Assembly: GCA_951406725.2 (NCBI GenBank)
Contig: OX597823.1
Coordinates: 18,290,001 to 18,354,000 of the forward strand
Direction: 5' to 3'
DNA length: 64,000 bases
Source of the DNA: Octopus vulgaris
Taxonomy: Eukaryota
Under the pieces are notes generated by a model, which did not search any database, was not told where the DNA came from, and worked only from the letters and a program-made list of their open reading frames with translations. Below, one piece after another: positions 63,995 to 64,000 of the stretch. Made by a program: the position numbers and the translations under genes. The stretch's first letter is position 1; the number at the start of each line of letters is the position of its first letter.

Positions 63995-64000
63995 AAGAGA

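Overview
AT-rich, microsatellite-saturated eukaryotic DNA, most likely an Octopus (coleoid cephalopod) genome; this is inferred from the SINE/LINE repertoire and repeat texture, not from a search. The window holds the 3' part of one minus-strand gene. Four phase-0 coding exons (62355-61801, 55458-55297, 48625-48347, 9268-8828) splice into a protein whose middle resembles the C-terminal coiled-coil region of MyRIP/melanophilin (Slac2) Rab effectors. There is also a strong 21-nt microexon candidate (39602-39582). The introns are mostly transposon debris: several tRNA-headed SINE families, many 3' fragments of one RTE LINE, R4/Dong, Tc1/mariner, piggyBac MITE, Helitron/HINE and Penelope remnants. 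Most short ORFs in the track are microsatellite or repeat artefacts. Three signals are the most unusual: (1) asymmetric hairpin insertions, several carrying minimal hammerhead ribozyme motifs, including a head-to-head pair of units each made of a tRNA-type Pol III promoter plus a hammerhead; (2) a variable tandem array in the RTE 3' UTR whose unit can fold as a compact H-type pseudoknot plus a hairpin; (3) a fixed-boundary ~550 bp element found only inside (AAT)n tracts. All family assignments are from motif recognition by eye, and repeat boundaries are approximate unless a TSD is given.
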